Shown here: positions 51,723 to 63,069 of the stretch, piece by piece
Numbering within the stretch: position 1 is the first letter of the stretch
Layout of the letters: each line of letters opens with the position of its first letter
NCBI RefSeq assembly: GCF_052425735.1
Contig: NC_135758.1
Span: forward strand, 45,818,001-45,882,000
Source: Oculina patagonica
Lineage: Eukaryota
Reading direction: 5' to 3'
DNA: 64,000 bases
Made by a program: the position numbers and the translations under genes
The notes under the pieces: model-generated
Databases searched by the model: none
What the model saw: only the letters and a program-made list of their open reading frames with translations
What the model was told of the DNA's origin: nothing

Positions 51723-53475
51723 AGCTACGTTGATATCAAAAAATTTCCCGCCGTGGATTGGAACAATTCCTTTAATTACCTCTCTGTAATCAGGCAGAGA
51801 CTGGGCTATTTTCAGTGCATCTATTTCACCTAAGTCTTCATCGACGGTAAGCGGAACCGTTCGCGGTGCGCCACGCGGCCTGCTCAACACCATCGTTGCG
51901 TGACAAGGTTGTTAGGCATTTCTGTGTTAAATCTGCCACACGAACTGTAATCACGTGGATATTGATTGACTGCTTACCATAAAAGCGTTGTACAGAGACT
52001 AAACCATTGCTAAAAAATACACCTAGAAGTCTCCTCTTATTTATCCATTTGAGGCCAAAAGGAGTGGCAACATTTGATCGCCACCTACCAAGCCACACCT
52101 CTGACTTAACAGAATTTAACTTTGCCCCAGACCCCTTTTCATACTTATTTACAAAAGCTAACAAATTACAAAGAGATTTCTCATTTTTAACAAAATTAGT
52201 AGCATCGTCAGCATATTGCGAGATTTTGAAATAAAGCCCACCGGCTCCAGGGAGCCGGAAGCCTTCGATTTCCTTACAATTTCTAATTTGAGTTGAGAGG
52301 ACCTCTGAAACTAAAACATACAAAAGAGGGGAGAGCGGAAAGCCCTGCCTAACCCCTCTACCCAGAAAAAATGCTCCAAAAGCTTACCATTACAAATAAT
52401 CCGTGAAAAAAACATTATTATAAAAAAGACTGACCCAGCCACAGAAATTTGGGCCGAATCCGAACTTGGTTAAGGTACACATAAGAAAATCATGATCTAC
52501 ACGATTGAAAGCTTTTTCCTGGTCCAACGAGACAAGGATACCAGCTTCATTAGTTTTATCGATCATGTCTAAAACATCATGAACTAAATAAAGATTAGAG
52601 AAAATTTATCTACCCACTACCCCGCAAGTCTGATCAGAATGAACAATAGAGGACATAACAAGTGTTAAACGCTCAGTAATCACCTTATAATCAGTGTTCA
52701 GTAAATAAATCGGGCGCCAATTTTTGGGCATATCGTGATAAAACTTAACAAGTATAGATTCTATTTCTGATTGAGAAAATTTTTCGCTCCCGTCAACATC
52801 AAGGAAAGAAGAGAAAGAGTTCCCAATAGCATGCTTATTTTCTAAACGAAAAAAATAACAAGTAGGTTTTTCACCCTCTTCAAACCATTGCGCGCAAGAA
52901 CAAATAGTTGCGCCCTCCGCCTCTTGACGAACAAGAGACGAAAGAGCGCTTTCTAAAAACTTAATTTAATTCCTAATTTACTTGGCACTTGACCATCGTA
53001 ACGTAAAAAAATTAGGATTTTGCCAAAGCGTAAGAAGCTAGGAATCGGTTTAAGGACGCGAACCCGAAAATGCCGCAATCCATTGCACACATGCAATTGC
53101 GGGCATAAAGTCAAATTTACCCCGGCGATGGTGCAACATGTCACAGAACGGGCTTAGTCGTTTGATGATAGCAACATCTTAAAGCTCAAAGGGCGCATCA
53201 TAAATAGTTAGATAAGTTAATGGACGATCAATGTCCTGAATTGCGTAGTTTTCACTGTTTATGCAAATCGAGTTCAAGCATACAAATTTCTCTTTCGCTT
53301 CCGCCGTTTTGAAAGTAATGACACATTCCCCATTCATTTTGCGTTGTAGACAATTAATTTCTGAGGCACTAATTGCGGCATTGTTAAGAGCCGCAAACAC
53401 AGACCTAGCCGAGGTGCTTCGCAAAGGTGTGAACAGCGCTGAACAGCACTGTGGACGCTTTGGAATATTATCCAT
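51723..53475 (-). pseudogene. Abutted Tx1 pieces: ORF1 N-terminus (51723-51893), internally deleted RT (~51990-52950), another ORF1 N-terminus (53179-53475)
   Basis: SQYADD, GVRQG.PLSPLLY, DQEKAFNRVDH, WRPIYLLNTDYK, EGEKPT.YFF; LTYLTIYDAPFEL. Confidence 0.8.
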
Positions 53476-53926
53476 ATTATCCTATTGATCAAAGTCATTC
53501 TTCTCAAGCAGCTGCTTGAAGTGCTGCTTGATTTCTTCTTCACTGAAGACTGCTAACTGCTCGTGATCATTAGGCCAGTGCCTTACTTCCAGTATACATG
53601 CTGCACTGAGGACAGGGTTCCTGCTCAAAGTTGTCAAACCGGTCACCCAAATTCTGATTAGTCACATGACTACCCTGTTCTTCAGATTGGTCAGCTCTGC
53701 ATCATCATGCACACACTTGTTCAAAGTGACGGTTTCAAACACATTGCCATTGACAGACTGCTCAAACTGCCTCAAATTTGCACCTGGTTTTGCAAGCAGG
53801 CAGTGAGTGATAGCCTGGTGCGTTCTTGGGCATTCTTGACATTGATAACAGCAATTTCATCCTTTTGAAATGTTAAGCTCAGTTTCTGGAGTTCATCCAG
53901 AAGGTGAGCCTAAGGTGTAGCCTTAA

Positions 53927-56288
53927 CCCTTTCCCTACTAACCACGCCCAAAGATAGATGTCTCTAATTTCCTAGGCTTCTGATGAACAACATAAGCGAA
54001 ATGGGCTTAAAATCAAAACATGCATGCTCAGTAGATTTGTAGAATTAGATAGGGGCTATAAAAGAAAGGAAAATGCAGTCCAGTTGTGTTTAATCAATAT
54101 TCTGTACAAATATAGTTGCAATTACATTCTGTGTAGGTGTAATTCACAGCTAAATGTTTGACTCAATAAAACTTTTGAATTTGCCGCCATTACAACAAAC
54201 TTATATCATTGGTTCAGGTAAGTTGTATATACTTCTCATAGTCACAACAGCAACAAAAATGAATAAAAATATTTACAAAATGACTGGTGTCTTATATTTA
54301 ATCAGAAAAACCTAGAATTTTCGCAAAGAATGTTTTTTTATGCGGAGTGAAAGCGAAGGAAACAAGGATCCTTGCACAAAGCTACGCCACATTGGGCACA
54401 CTCAAAGATGGTCTCCTTCGCTCGATCGCTTGAAGTTTTTCGCCCGTCTTTCTTGCATTGCACACAGTGCCTTTTCCTTGCTTTTCCCTCCCTTCGAGTA
54501 ATGAAATGCCCTGTAGCATTCTCTGGAGTAGTAGTGGCTTCTAAAGACGCGGCTTTCATCGTGCGCTTTCTGTTCTCCGCTCGACTCGAAAACCCAGCAA
54601 TGAGCTGCTTTGCGAGTGCAAAACGAAAGTTGACTAGGGTCCTCCTTCCCCTCCTCTGGACATTTTCTTTAAAGATAATAAAAGAATTGACAAGAGAGAG
54701 ATCAAAAATAAACCAGAACAGGTACTTGTACCACTTTTTTGAGGGTCGACAGGCGCTGTAGTATGATCGAAGTTGATCAGAGCGATCAACACCACCCATG
54801 CTGTTGTTGTACAAATCAACACACGCCGGTTTCTCAACACGCACAACATCGCCGTTTTTTTTTCTTCTCTCCTTCACAGTTTTAGGCGCAAGGGGATCAA
54901 AATTTGTTGTCAAGATATTTACATCGCGTTTATCGTGCCATTTTGTATAGACAAGATTCCCCTTTTGCTCGCAGATTGTTTCTCCTTCTCTCTTTAGCTT
55001 TCGACGCGAAGATGGCGGCAACCCGATACGACCTGCACGAACTGTTGAGCAGGCGTAAGTTCCTTCATTCTGAAGATCTTCTAACAATTTGGGGGAAGAA
55101 AAATAATTATCAAAATACACATGGTGATTTTTGTTTAAAAATGGGGTCATCAATTCCATAACCACGCTGTAGCCTAAGCCGTTTGCAAGAACACGACCTG
55201 GCTGTTTACCGAGGTAAACTTCATGATTGATGACAAAACCGTTTGAAGCATCGGCTGCCATCCACACTTTTATGCCGTATTTTGTTGGCTTCGCTGGCAT
55301 GTACTGGCGAAAAGAAAGCCTTCCTTTGAAACCTATCATTCCCTCATCTACGGAAATATGCTTTCCAGGTTTGTAGAGCTCTTGTATTTTAGTATTGAAG
55401 TGGGAAAGAATTGGCCGCACTTTGTAAAGGCGATCGTAGCCATCTTCTCCTCGCCTAGGTTCCATCGACGAGTCGTTGAAATGAAAAAAGCGGCTGATAT
55501 TTTCAAAGCGATTTTTTGTCATCACTTTTTGTATTCCCTCATTGCCCAGAAATGGATCACTTGACCAGTAGTCAGCAGTAGAAGGAAGATGATTTACACC
55601 CATCACAATACACACACCAAGAAATGCCTTTATTTCATTTAGTGTCACATCTTGCCATTTATCAAGTGCTTCGCCTTCAAGTTTTTGCCGAGCATAGCGG
55701 TTTGTTTCCGTCACAATAACATCGAGAATTTCATCATTAAAAAACTTTTTAAACACATCTATCTCTCTAGCCTCATTTCCTATCTCAAATGTAATTCCAA
55801 CACGCGAAGTAAAATCGTTAACACGAATACTATGCAAACGATTTGACCACTCAACTGCTTCATCGTCTTCGCTCTTACTCTCGCCTCCACTCTCATCATT
55901 TTCATCGCTCTCATCCTCCACTTCACTAACATCAATATCTGAGTCTTCGTTATCCATTTCTTCGTCAGAATTGCCGAACAGTTCATCATGTTCCTCTCTT
56001 GAAATCTCTAATGGTTGAAAAGCACGAGCCGCCATGTTGATAAATTGAACGCGAACGATCGATCGAAAATAATGCCATGTGCTTGCTTCACAGAGCGAAT
56101 AATTTATGCGCAGTTGCTGCGATTTGATTGGTCAGTGTTTGAGAAATAATTATAAAACAATAGAGAGCAAAGACAGCCACTCTATGGGTAGGGAGGGGAG
56201 TTTATTTTGCTATGGCGGTACAGGGCGGCATAGGAAAATGGCGGCGAATTTTTTAAGGGCGGTACAGGGCGGCATAGTAGGGAAAGGG
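53927..56288 (-). mobile_element. Full-length piggyBac transposon (2362 bp)
   Basis: TTAA TSDs (53923-53926, 56289-56292); 14-bp TIR ccctttccctacta; subterminal direct repeat ggcggtacagggcggcatag x2; intact ORF. Confidence 0.96.
54338..56035 (-). CDS. piggyBac transposase (PGBD4-like), 565 aa, uninterrupted
   Basis: DDD triad contexts SVDEGM, YFDNYF and GGVDRSDQ; KPTKYGIK; C-terminal Cys-rich domain CxxC...CxxC...CxxPCF..FH. Confidence 0.95.
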   Translation of the reverse strand: MAARAFQPLEISREEHDELFGNSDEEMDNEDSDIDVSEVEDESDENDESGGESKSEDDEAVEWSNRLHSIRVNDFTSRVGITFEIGNEAREIDVFKKFFNDEILDVIVTETNRYARQKLEGEALDKWQDVTLNEIKAFLGVCIVMGVNHLPSTADYWSSDPFLGNEGIQKVMTKNRFENISRFFHFNDSSMEPRRGEDGYDRLYKVRPILSHFNTKIQELYKPGKHISVDEGMIGFKGRLSFRQYMPAKPTKYGIKVWMAADASNGFVINHEVYLGKQPGRVLANGLGYSVVMELMTPFLNKNHHVYFDNYFSSPKLLEDLQNEGTYACSTVRAGRIGLPPSSRRKLKREGETICEQKGNLVYTKWHDKRDVNILTTNFDPLAPKTVKERRKKNGDVVRVEKPACVDLYNNSMGGVDRSDQLRSYYSACRPSKKWYKYLFWFIFDLSLVNSFIIFKENVQRRGRRTLVNFRFALAKQLIAGFSSRAENRKRTMKAASLEATTTPENATGHFITRREGKARKRHCVQCKKDGRKTSSDRAKETIFECAQCGVALCKDPCFLRFHSA

Positions 56289-56537
56289 TTAAGAACTAAA
56301 ACGAAACATGTTTGTAGCTCTCCTGCTTTGATATCACATTTTGTGCTCTTCCCTTCGTGGTTGCACTGCTGGTGTCAGCCACAGCTGTTTGATATATGTG
56401 TGCATGGATGACTTTGTACTTGTTACAGACAACTTTAATAAAACGTATCAATTCTAGTTCTAATTATCGAGTTATCACGGGTGTTTTTGCCAGTCCAGGT
56501 GAATTGGCGGAGAGTTTTGTTTCTATTTCTCCAAACA

Positions 56538-57164
56538 TCAGATAAGTTGTTCTGAATCAGTACTGGGAGAGTAAATGTTAATTAAATTGATTGTGTGGTC
56601 ATCGAGAGATAATGTTATTTTTAATGTTCGGCCAAGAGCGTCACGCGAAATTTGTTGAGGGTGACAGCATAGGCGTTGATGGATAAGTATTGCCACACCA
56701 CAGGAGTTGTCTGTGTCGTTGTTAAAAAATATTTCGCCGTCCCATTCATTTTCAATCATGTTGTGTAAATCAGGAGTCCAATGTGTTTCTTGAAGGAGAA
56801 TTTAATCATATTTGATCCGATTAATAAAATTAAAGGCTGTTTGGATTACTGCATCCTCTGTTACGTAGGCTTTGAGGCCTATCACGCTGACGTTGATATA
56901 ATAACCTCTCGGTGGTCTGCATTCTACGTGTATTTTGCGGAAATCCAGTCCACTGTCTATGAAGGCTTCGGCTTGCGATTGAGAGCCAAGCTCGACAAGG
57001 TATTGACCTCTTCCCAGGTCTTGTGTAACATTGATTTCAGCAGATTTGTCTTCTTTCTCAATACAGCTTTTAACATCAACTAGCGTCGCCGTAACTGGCA
57101 GTTTGAAGGTGATCGTTTTCGCCTTCCGGTAGGCCATATTTGCTTCTCAGTTGGCTAAGACAAG
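56538..57164 (-). pseudogene. Tx1 ORF1 N-terminus (56802-57137) fused to an AP-endonuclease fragment (~56538-56800)
   Basis: MAYRKAKTITFKLP...INVSVIGL; LQETH, GVAILI, GRTL, INIYSP. Confidence 0.75.
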
Positions 57165-57929
57165 AATTACCAAATAGCTTCACGTTGGAGCTATAAGCAA
57201 TGGAAATATTCCTTTAAAAGAAAAACTGATACACTTTCACAATGGAATCGTGAAAGATTTGCTCTGGAATGCCTAAAGGAAGGCGAGATTATAAGGATTA
57301 GCCATGTGTCCGCTATCGCCACATTTGCGGCACGTAAGCGGCTGGGAGGGATAACTGATATAGACTAACTCCCCAAGAACCCTAATGGACAAGGGAATTG
57401 CTTTCGCGAGATGCATTCTTGCTGTACGTATACCATTGCAAATTCCACTCAATACCACAGGAAAAAAAACCTAAAATCCCAAAATTGGGTGAATGTTGGT
57501 AACTTCTTGGCAAAAGGCATAATTTTTAAGAAGATCCCAAACTTGGTAAAATCGAGCATTCCCAATATCAGTTCATCTTGGGAATTTGAATTCACCAAAG
57601 TTTTGCCAAGATGATGGGTCATTCTTTACCAAGAAAACACCTAACTCAAAGGCCAAATCCCAAGGTCCAAAAGTTGGAATGAATGTTGGTAACTTCTTGG
57701 TAAATAGTATAATTCCCAAGAAGATCCCAAACTTGGTAGAATCGAGCATTCACAAATTAGTTTTTCTTGGTAATTTAAATTTACCAAAGTTTTCCCAGGA
57801 TGGTGTTTTTTTCAAACGACAAATAGGTTCTTAATGTTGGGTATACATTGGTAATTTATTGGTAAATAATATTATTCCCCAAAAGATTCCAAGCTTGGCA
57901 ATATCAAGCCTTTCCATGTTCATTTCTTT

Positions 57930-58420
57930 CACGTCGATCTCGACTTCTTTCACGTTGCCCTTCGATGGTCACGGCGATCTAATTCCTCCCTGTGCTTCTT
58001 CTCACGGCGTTCTTTCTCCTCCAAATTCTTCTTCTCTTCAGCCTTTTTCTTCTCCTCATCAGCCTTCTTCTTATCATCCGATCTACCTGGGGTGCGGTTT
58101 TGCTGGATCGGCCGCTGGGCGGGTTGTCTAGGCTGTTTTGGTTGCTCCTTAGCTGCTTCGGCAAAAGGCGCCACACCAGAAATGTCCTTGGCTTCTACAT
58201 TTGCACCAAGCCAACTCCGGCTGATCGATTTGTGCCTGGAGACCACAAGGCGTGACCGCCCCATTGTTTTCCCCAGAACTCACCTTGTGTGACATCCGAC
58301 AGATGTGTCTCTTGTAGGAGATAAATGTCGAAATGTTTAGACAATAAATAATTAAAGAATTTCTCCCGTTTGGGATGTTCGGCGATGCCATTCGCGTTAA
58401 TTGTACAAATAAACACCGCC
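57930..58420 (-). pseudogene. Tx1 APE N-terminus fused to an ORF1 C-terminal fragment
   Basis: ICTINANGI...YLLQETH...WSPGTNRSAGVG joined to ANVEAKDISGV.PFAE. Confidence 0.8.
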
Positions 58421-58499
58421 ATAATTAGGATCAAAAGGAGAGTGGTCATCTTGAATGTTATATAATCAGTGTTGTAAAATAAACAAAGGTTCTTTACGT

Positions 58500-59803
58500 T
58501 TTTTTTCGCGACGCTCCATCTCTTCCAAAATCATCTTCTCCTCTTCAGCTTTCTTTCTATCATCTGATCTGCCTGGGGGGCGATTTTGTTGGGCTGGTTG
58601 CTGGGGGGCTGTCTTGGTTGTTTTGGCCGTTCCCTAGCAACTTCAGCAAAAGGCACCACACCAGAGATGTCCTTAGCTTCCACATTTGCGCTAAACAAAA
58701 TAAACGGGCAACGCGATGTTGCGTGATCTTCGTTGATACAAACGTTACACAAAGGTTCTAAAGAACATTCATCAGCGTGATGGCCAGAGGCGTCACAGTT
58801 AAAACAACGCGGCAATTATTGCGATATGATCATTGCCGCCGCAACGGCGACAACTTTTTGGCTGGGAGTCATAATAAAACATGATTAATTCACCACAAAT
58901 CCGCATCGATGCGGGAATCGGGTGCGCCACACGCATTCTCGCTGTGCAAACTCCGTTTTCCAAATCTACGCCAAGGCGATATCGGCGAAAAGACAAAATT
59001 TTTCCGTACTGGGAAAGCCTGCCAATCAAAACAGTATCCGGCATTTCGGGCGGCGCTTCATAGATTTTAACGATAACAGTTTGATGCTCGGCGTCCCCCA
59101 GAAAAACTTCGCACCCACTAATGGTGACACTGTTCAGTTCAAGCGCGAAAGCTTTGTTTTCTGGGGTGTCGAATGACACAACCCAAGTTCTATTTGAATT
59201 TTTTCGTTGAACGTGGTCGATATCGATTCCTGCAGCATCAAAACCGAACAAAATGTCCTGGCTCGTACATACAGTGTCTACAGAAAACTTGACCGAATAG
59301 CCTTTAAACAATTTGGCGCTCTCATCGTCATTGAACTTCCAATTATTCGGCGTCCGCTTAAAGCGAACGCCAACGTTCTCGGGCTGGGATAGGGCGCTCG
59401 GTACTTCGACAACTAAATCGCCACCGCTCGCTTCCAGTAACGGCGGCGGGGCTGCACCATTCTCATTCATATCATCATCTTGTTGAGCCGTTTCGGCCCA
59501 ACTTTCACTACGCTCATTCTCAGCAGTATTCTCAAAGAGTTGCGCCGTTCCGGTCTCGTCGATTGGTGTATTGACCTGTTGGCCGCATGGCAAACTCGGT
59601 TTATTCTCCTCAGTTACACGCAAAACTGTCTGAACTGACTCCGGGTTGCTCGGCTGGTTGGGTGCACTCGACGGTTTCTGAGATTTGTCAGATTTCTTAC
59701 CAGTTGTCTTCTTACTATTATTAGCCATTATAAACACAAAGCAAAACGTTGAAAAACGTTGACCGCAGACCTCTTGATCTTAGCCAAAAGGCCGAGAAGC
59801 GAT
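58500..59803 (-). mobile_element. Keno-like Tx1 element 5' part: U2 head plus near-complete ORF1 (one frameshift at ~58810)
   Basis: U2 nt 1-31 at 59773-59803; VKIYEAPPEMPDTVLIGRL; CRRCGGNDH, CFNCDASGH, CNVCINEDH. Confidence 0.88.
59773..59803 (-). pseudogene. U2: U2 snRNA 5' fragment (nt 1-31, exact)
   Basis: ATCGCTTCTCGGCCTTTTGGCTAAGATCAAG. Confidence 0.95.
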
Positions 59804-59816
59804 ACCGAACATACCC

Positions 59817-61450
59817 CTACCTAGGAGGGTGGTCGAGGAAAGTCGCCCAGCCAGAAGGGGAAGAGGCAAAACGCTTCACCCACTGAGCCTGGAGCGACCA
59901 AGTTTTAAACTTAACATCTACAACAGAAAAACCACCAAAAAGTGAGGGCTGAGAAACAACAGAGCGAGATACAAGGTCGCGTTTCCCGCTCCAAAAGAAC
60001 TTAAAGGCCAGAGAAGTGAGCTCACTTTGGACCCAAGCTGGCATGTGGACAAGAGAAGCCACATACCAGATACGGGACAAGGCCAGAGCGTTGATGACAA
60101 GAGCCTTGCCACAAAAAGACAAAGAAGGAGAACGCCACGATGCAAGAACATGGTCAACTGCATCAATACGAGGACGCCAATTAGCCTCATCGAGGTTGCC
60201 AACCCCAATAAAAACACCAAGCACTTTGATCTTAGAAGACGTCCAATCAAGGGCGACAGGAGGATTGGAGCGACCACTCCAACCCCCAAGCCAGAGACCC
60301 TTGGACTTAGATTGGTTTAACTTGGATCCAGAGGCCTTCTCAAAAAGAGCATAGGTCTCAAAAGACGCAACTATGGAATCGTCAGAGGACAAGATCAAGG
60401 ATGAGTCATCAGCGTACTGAGAGATGGGCGACAGGGGATCAGAGCCGGGTAGACGGAGACCAGAGATACGGGGGTTACAACGGATATTAACAGCCAAGAC
60501 TTCGGACACAAGCACATACAAGAGAGGAGACAAAGGACAGCCTTGACGGACACCACGGGACAAGTCAAAGAAGGACGAAAGATAACCATTAACATTGACA
60601 GCACTCTGGACACAGTTGTAGAAGAGGTCTACCCAAGATACAAAAGAAGGACCAAAGCCCATCGCCAGTAACGTTGAACGCATGAAAGACCAGTCAACTC
60701 TATCAAAAGCTCTCTCTTGATCAAGAGAAAGGATAGCCACAGGGACGCCAGAAGATGTTGCATACTCAGCAACGTCTTGTAGGAGGGCAACGTTTTCACC
60801 GATAAACCGACCAGGCACACCGCAAGTTTGGTCTTTGACAACAACTAAATGGATGACTTTAAGAAGCCGCCCGGCGATCGCACGGGCGGCAAGCTTGTAG
60901 TCTACATTCAAGAGAGATATTGGACGCCAGTTCCGAGGATCAAGACGATCGCCTTTCTTATAAGATAATGAAATGACTCCTCTATGCTGAGAGAGAGATA
61001 AGCAGCCAGAGTCAAGGCAAGAATTAAGCACAGCAACAAGGTCAGACCCGAGAACATTCCAGAATTTAAGGTAAAACTCCATGGGAAAGCCATCAAGGCC
61101 TGGGGCCTTACATCTAGCCATCCCCTGAAGAGCCACAAAAACTTCCTCAATAGACAAATGACCTTCACAAGACAACGCCTCATCCTGCGAGAGTACAGAA
61201 GAGAGGTTGCCGAGCATGTCAGACTGGACAGACTGATCAGTCCCAGCAGCCGTGAACAATGAGATGTTAAAGTGCGAGAAAGATCGACACAGCTCATCAG
61301 GAGAGGAGACGATGGTGCCATCATCATTACGTACAGCAGAAATCCACCGATCGGCAGATCGCTTCTTCTCAAGACGAAAGAAATACGAGGAGGAAACCTC
61401 ACCCTCCTCCACCCAGCGAGCACGTGAGCGGACCTGTGCGCCCCTAGCAT
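59817..61450 (-). pseudogene. Tx1/L1-clade ORF2 internal fragment with a complete RT domain (531-aa open frame, truncated at both ends)
   Basis: KAPGLDG, WRPISLLNVDYK, LDQERAFDRV, GVRQGCPLSPLLY, SQYADD. Confidence 0.93.
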
Positions 61451-61959
61451 ATTGAGCATATTGAATAGCATAAGAATATTGAGCATTGACTGATGGGACA
61501 GTGAAATCCCAGACTTTTGGAATCTGTAATTAATTATTTATAACTAATTATTTTAAAAATACCATTACAGAAAGGAATGACAAATTAAAAAGCACTAATT
61601 TTATCTGTTTATTTGATTAATTTGAAAATAATTTCTTGTTGTTAAATGATTCCCACCAGCGATCATCAACAAACAGATGACCATTACTTTTTTCCTGAAA
61701 ATTATAAACATCAGCTGTTTTTAATTTAAACACCATATGCATGGGCAAAACAGTTACATCATACTTATAATTTTGGATGATGTCAGCAGCCTTTGCCCTA
61801 AGATCATCCTTGCAAGCTACTCCTTAGGCAAAAACATAAGTTTCTTTAAGAAAGTGCAATCACTTAAGTTATAATAATAACAATAATAATCATAATTATA
61901 ATAATAATACGCACACCTTTGTCTCAGCTTGACCATTTACAAATAATTTGCTAACAGCA

Positions 61960-62357
61960 CAGTATTGATACGCTGATCAAGATTCAGCAGCATGGCATAG
62001 ATTGTTCCAATTGGTGGAATTCGCATTGTTCCACTTCTCTGGGATGGCTGTTATCACATCTAGAAGAGCTGGGCACCTCTCTTTGGCTTCTGTAAGTATT
62101 TAGTCCCAGCAAAAGTCTCTCATTGTTTCAAAAGACTTGTTTCGTAATACAGATGGCAGATAGCCCCGTGTGTATTTGGCTACATTTTCGCATTCATTGA
62201 TAATTTCTTCTAAATGCAAACGCTTTAGATAGTTCCTTGCCTCCGAAATGAGCCATACTGATAAAGCAATGACTGAAGGCAGCCTTGAGCAAACTGCCAC
62301 ACTAAGTGATCTGACATTAATAGTTTCAACTGGTTTGAAGCTGTTTTCCTTTTTCAA
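61960..62357 (-). pseudogene. Fragment of an unidentified DNA-transposon-like protein
   Basis: PSVLRNKSFETMRDFCW...EAKERCP.LLDVI pattern; family uncertain. Confidence 0.3.
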
Positions 62358-63069
62358 CTGAAAATAAAAAAAACACGGTCCTGTTGGTCATAGTATTAAT
62401 ATGCGGACCGCTGAGGAAATAGCATAAACATACGAATCTTCAATTTTACGTCCTGTTTTATGACAATAATATAAGCATGTAGATTTGTCCCCCCCCCCAA
62501 AAAAAAAAAACAGTACAACTACTTCTCTAATAAAAAAAAAGGTACTTCAGCACTGCTTAATGAGTGAGTTAACATAAGTTGTTAAAAAGCGTATAGGGAA
62601 TTACTCACGTGAGGGAAATTACGTATGCAGTCACAAACCACATGCCACTAAAAAATGCATTTACTCATACTGGTTTATTTACGACCTTACAGTCAGTTTT
62701 AAAACTTAAAAACAGTAAAAGACTCGACCAAAATTGTTATGACTTATTTTCTGCTTTGCTGATTTTCCAGATATTCATCCTGTTTTTATATGCACTTTCA
62801 CGATGAATCGCGTCCTTATTAAAGAAATGAAAACCAGCGAACTTACCAACGGGTTGTTATAACCTGAGTTGGAAATTATTTCTAAGGCTGTTCTTCCGTC
62901 TGTTTGCAAATCCACTTCCTTTGTACTAACTTCTGAAGTTGGTACGGTGGTACTGCGGTTTCAGGGTTGCCAGCTGACAATTTTGAACAATGGTCTTGTC
63001 AGTTTCCGCTGTAGTTGAAAGCCTGTTTTTGTCATTCGCACTTGAGGTAAACTTTGAATCTTCTCTGTC

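Noticed and set aside
59773-59803. Functional U2 snRNA gene
   Set aside because: Only nt 1-31 are present; the branch-point pairing region and Sm site are missing. The same applies to 49369-49393.
58500-61450. One intact Tx1 element (ORF1 + ORF2)
   Set aside because: The order is wrong: on the minus strand the RT fragment lies upstream of the U2 head and ORF1, lacks APE and the C-terminus, and is fused to the U2 flank.
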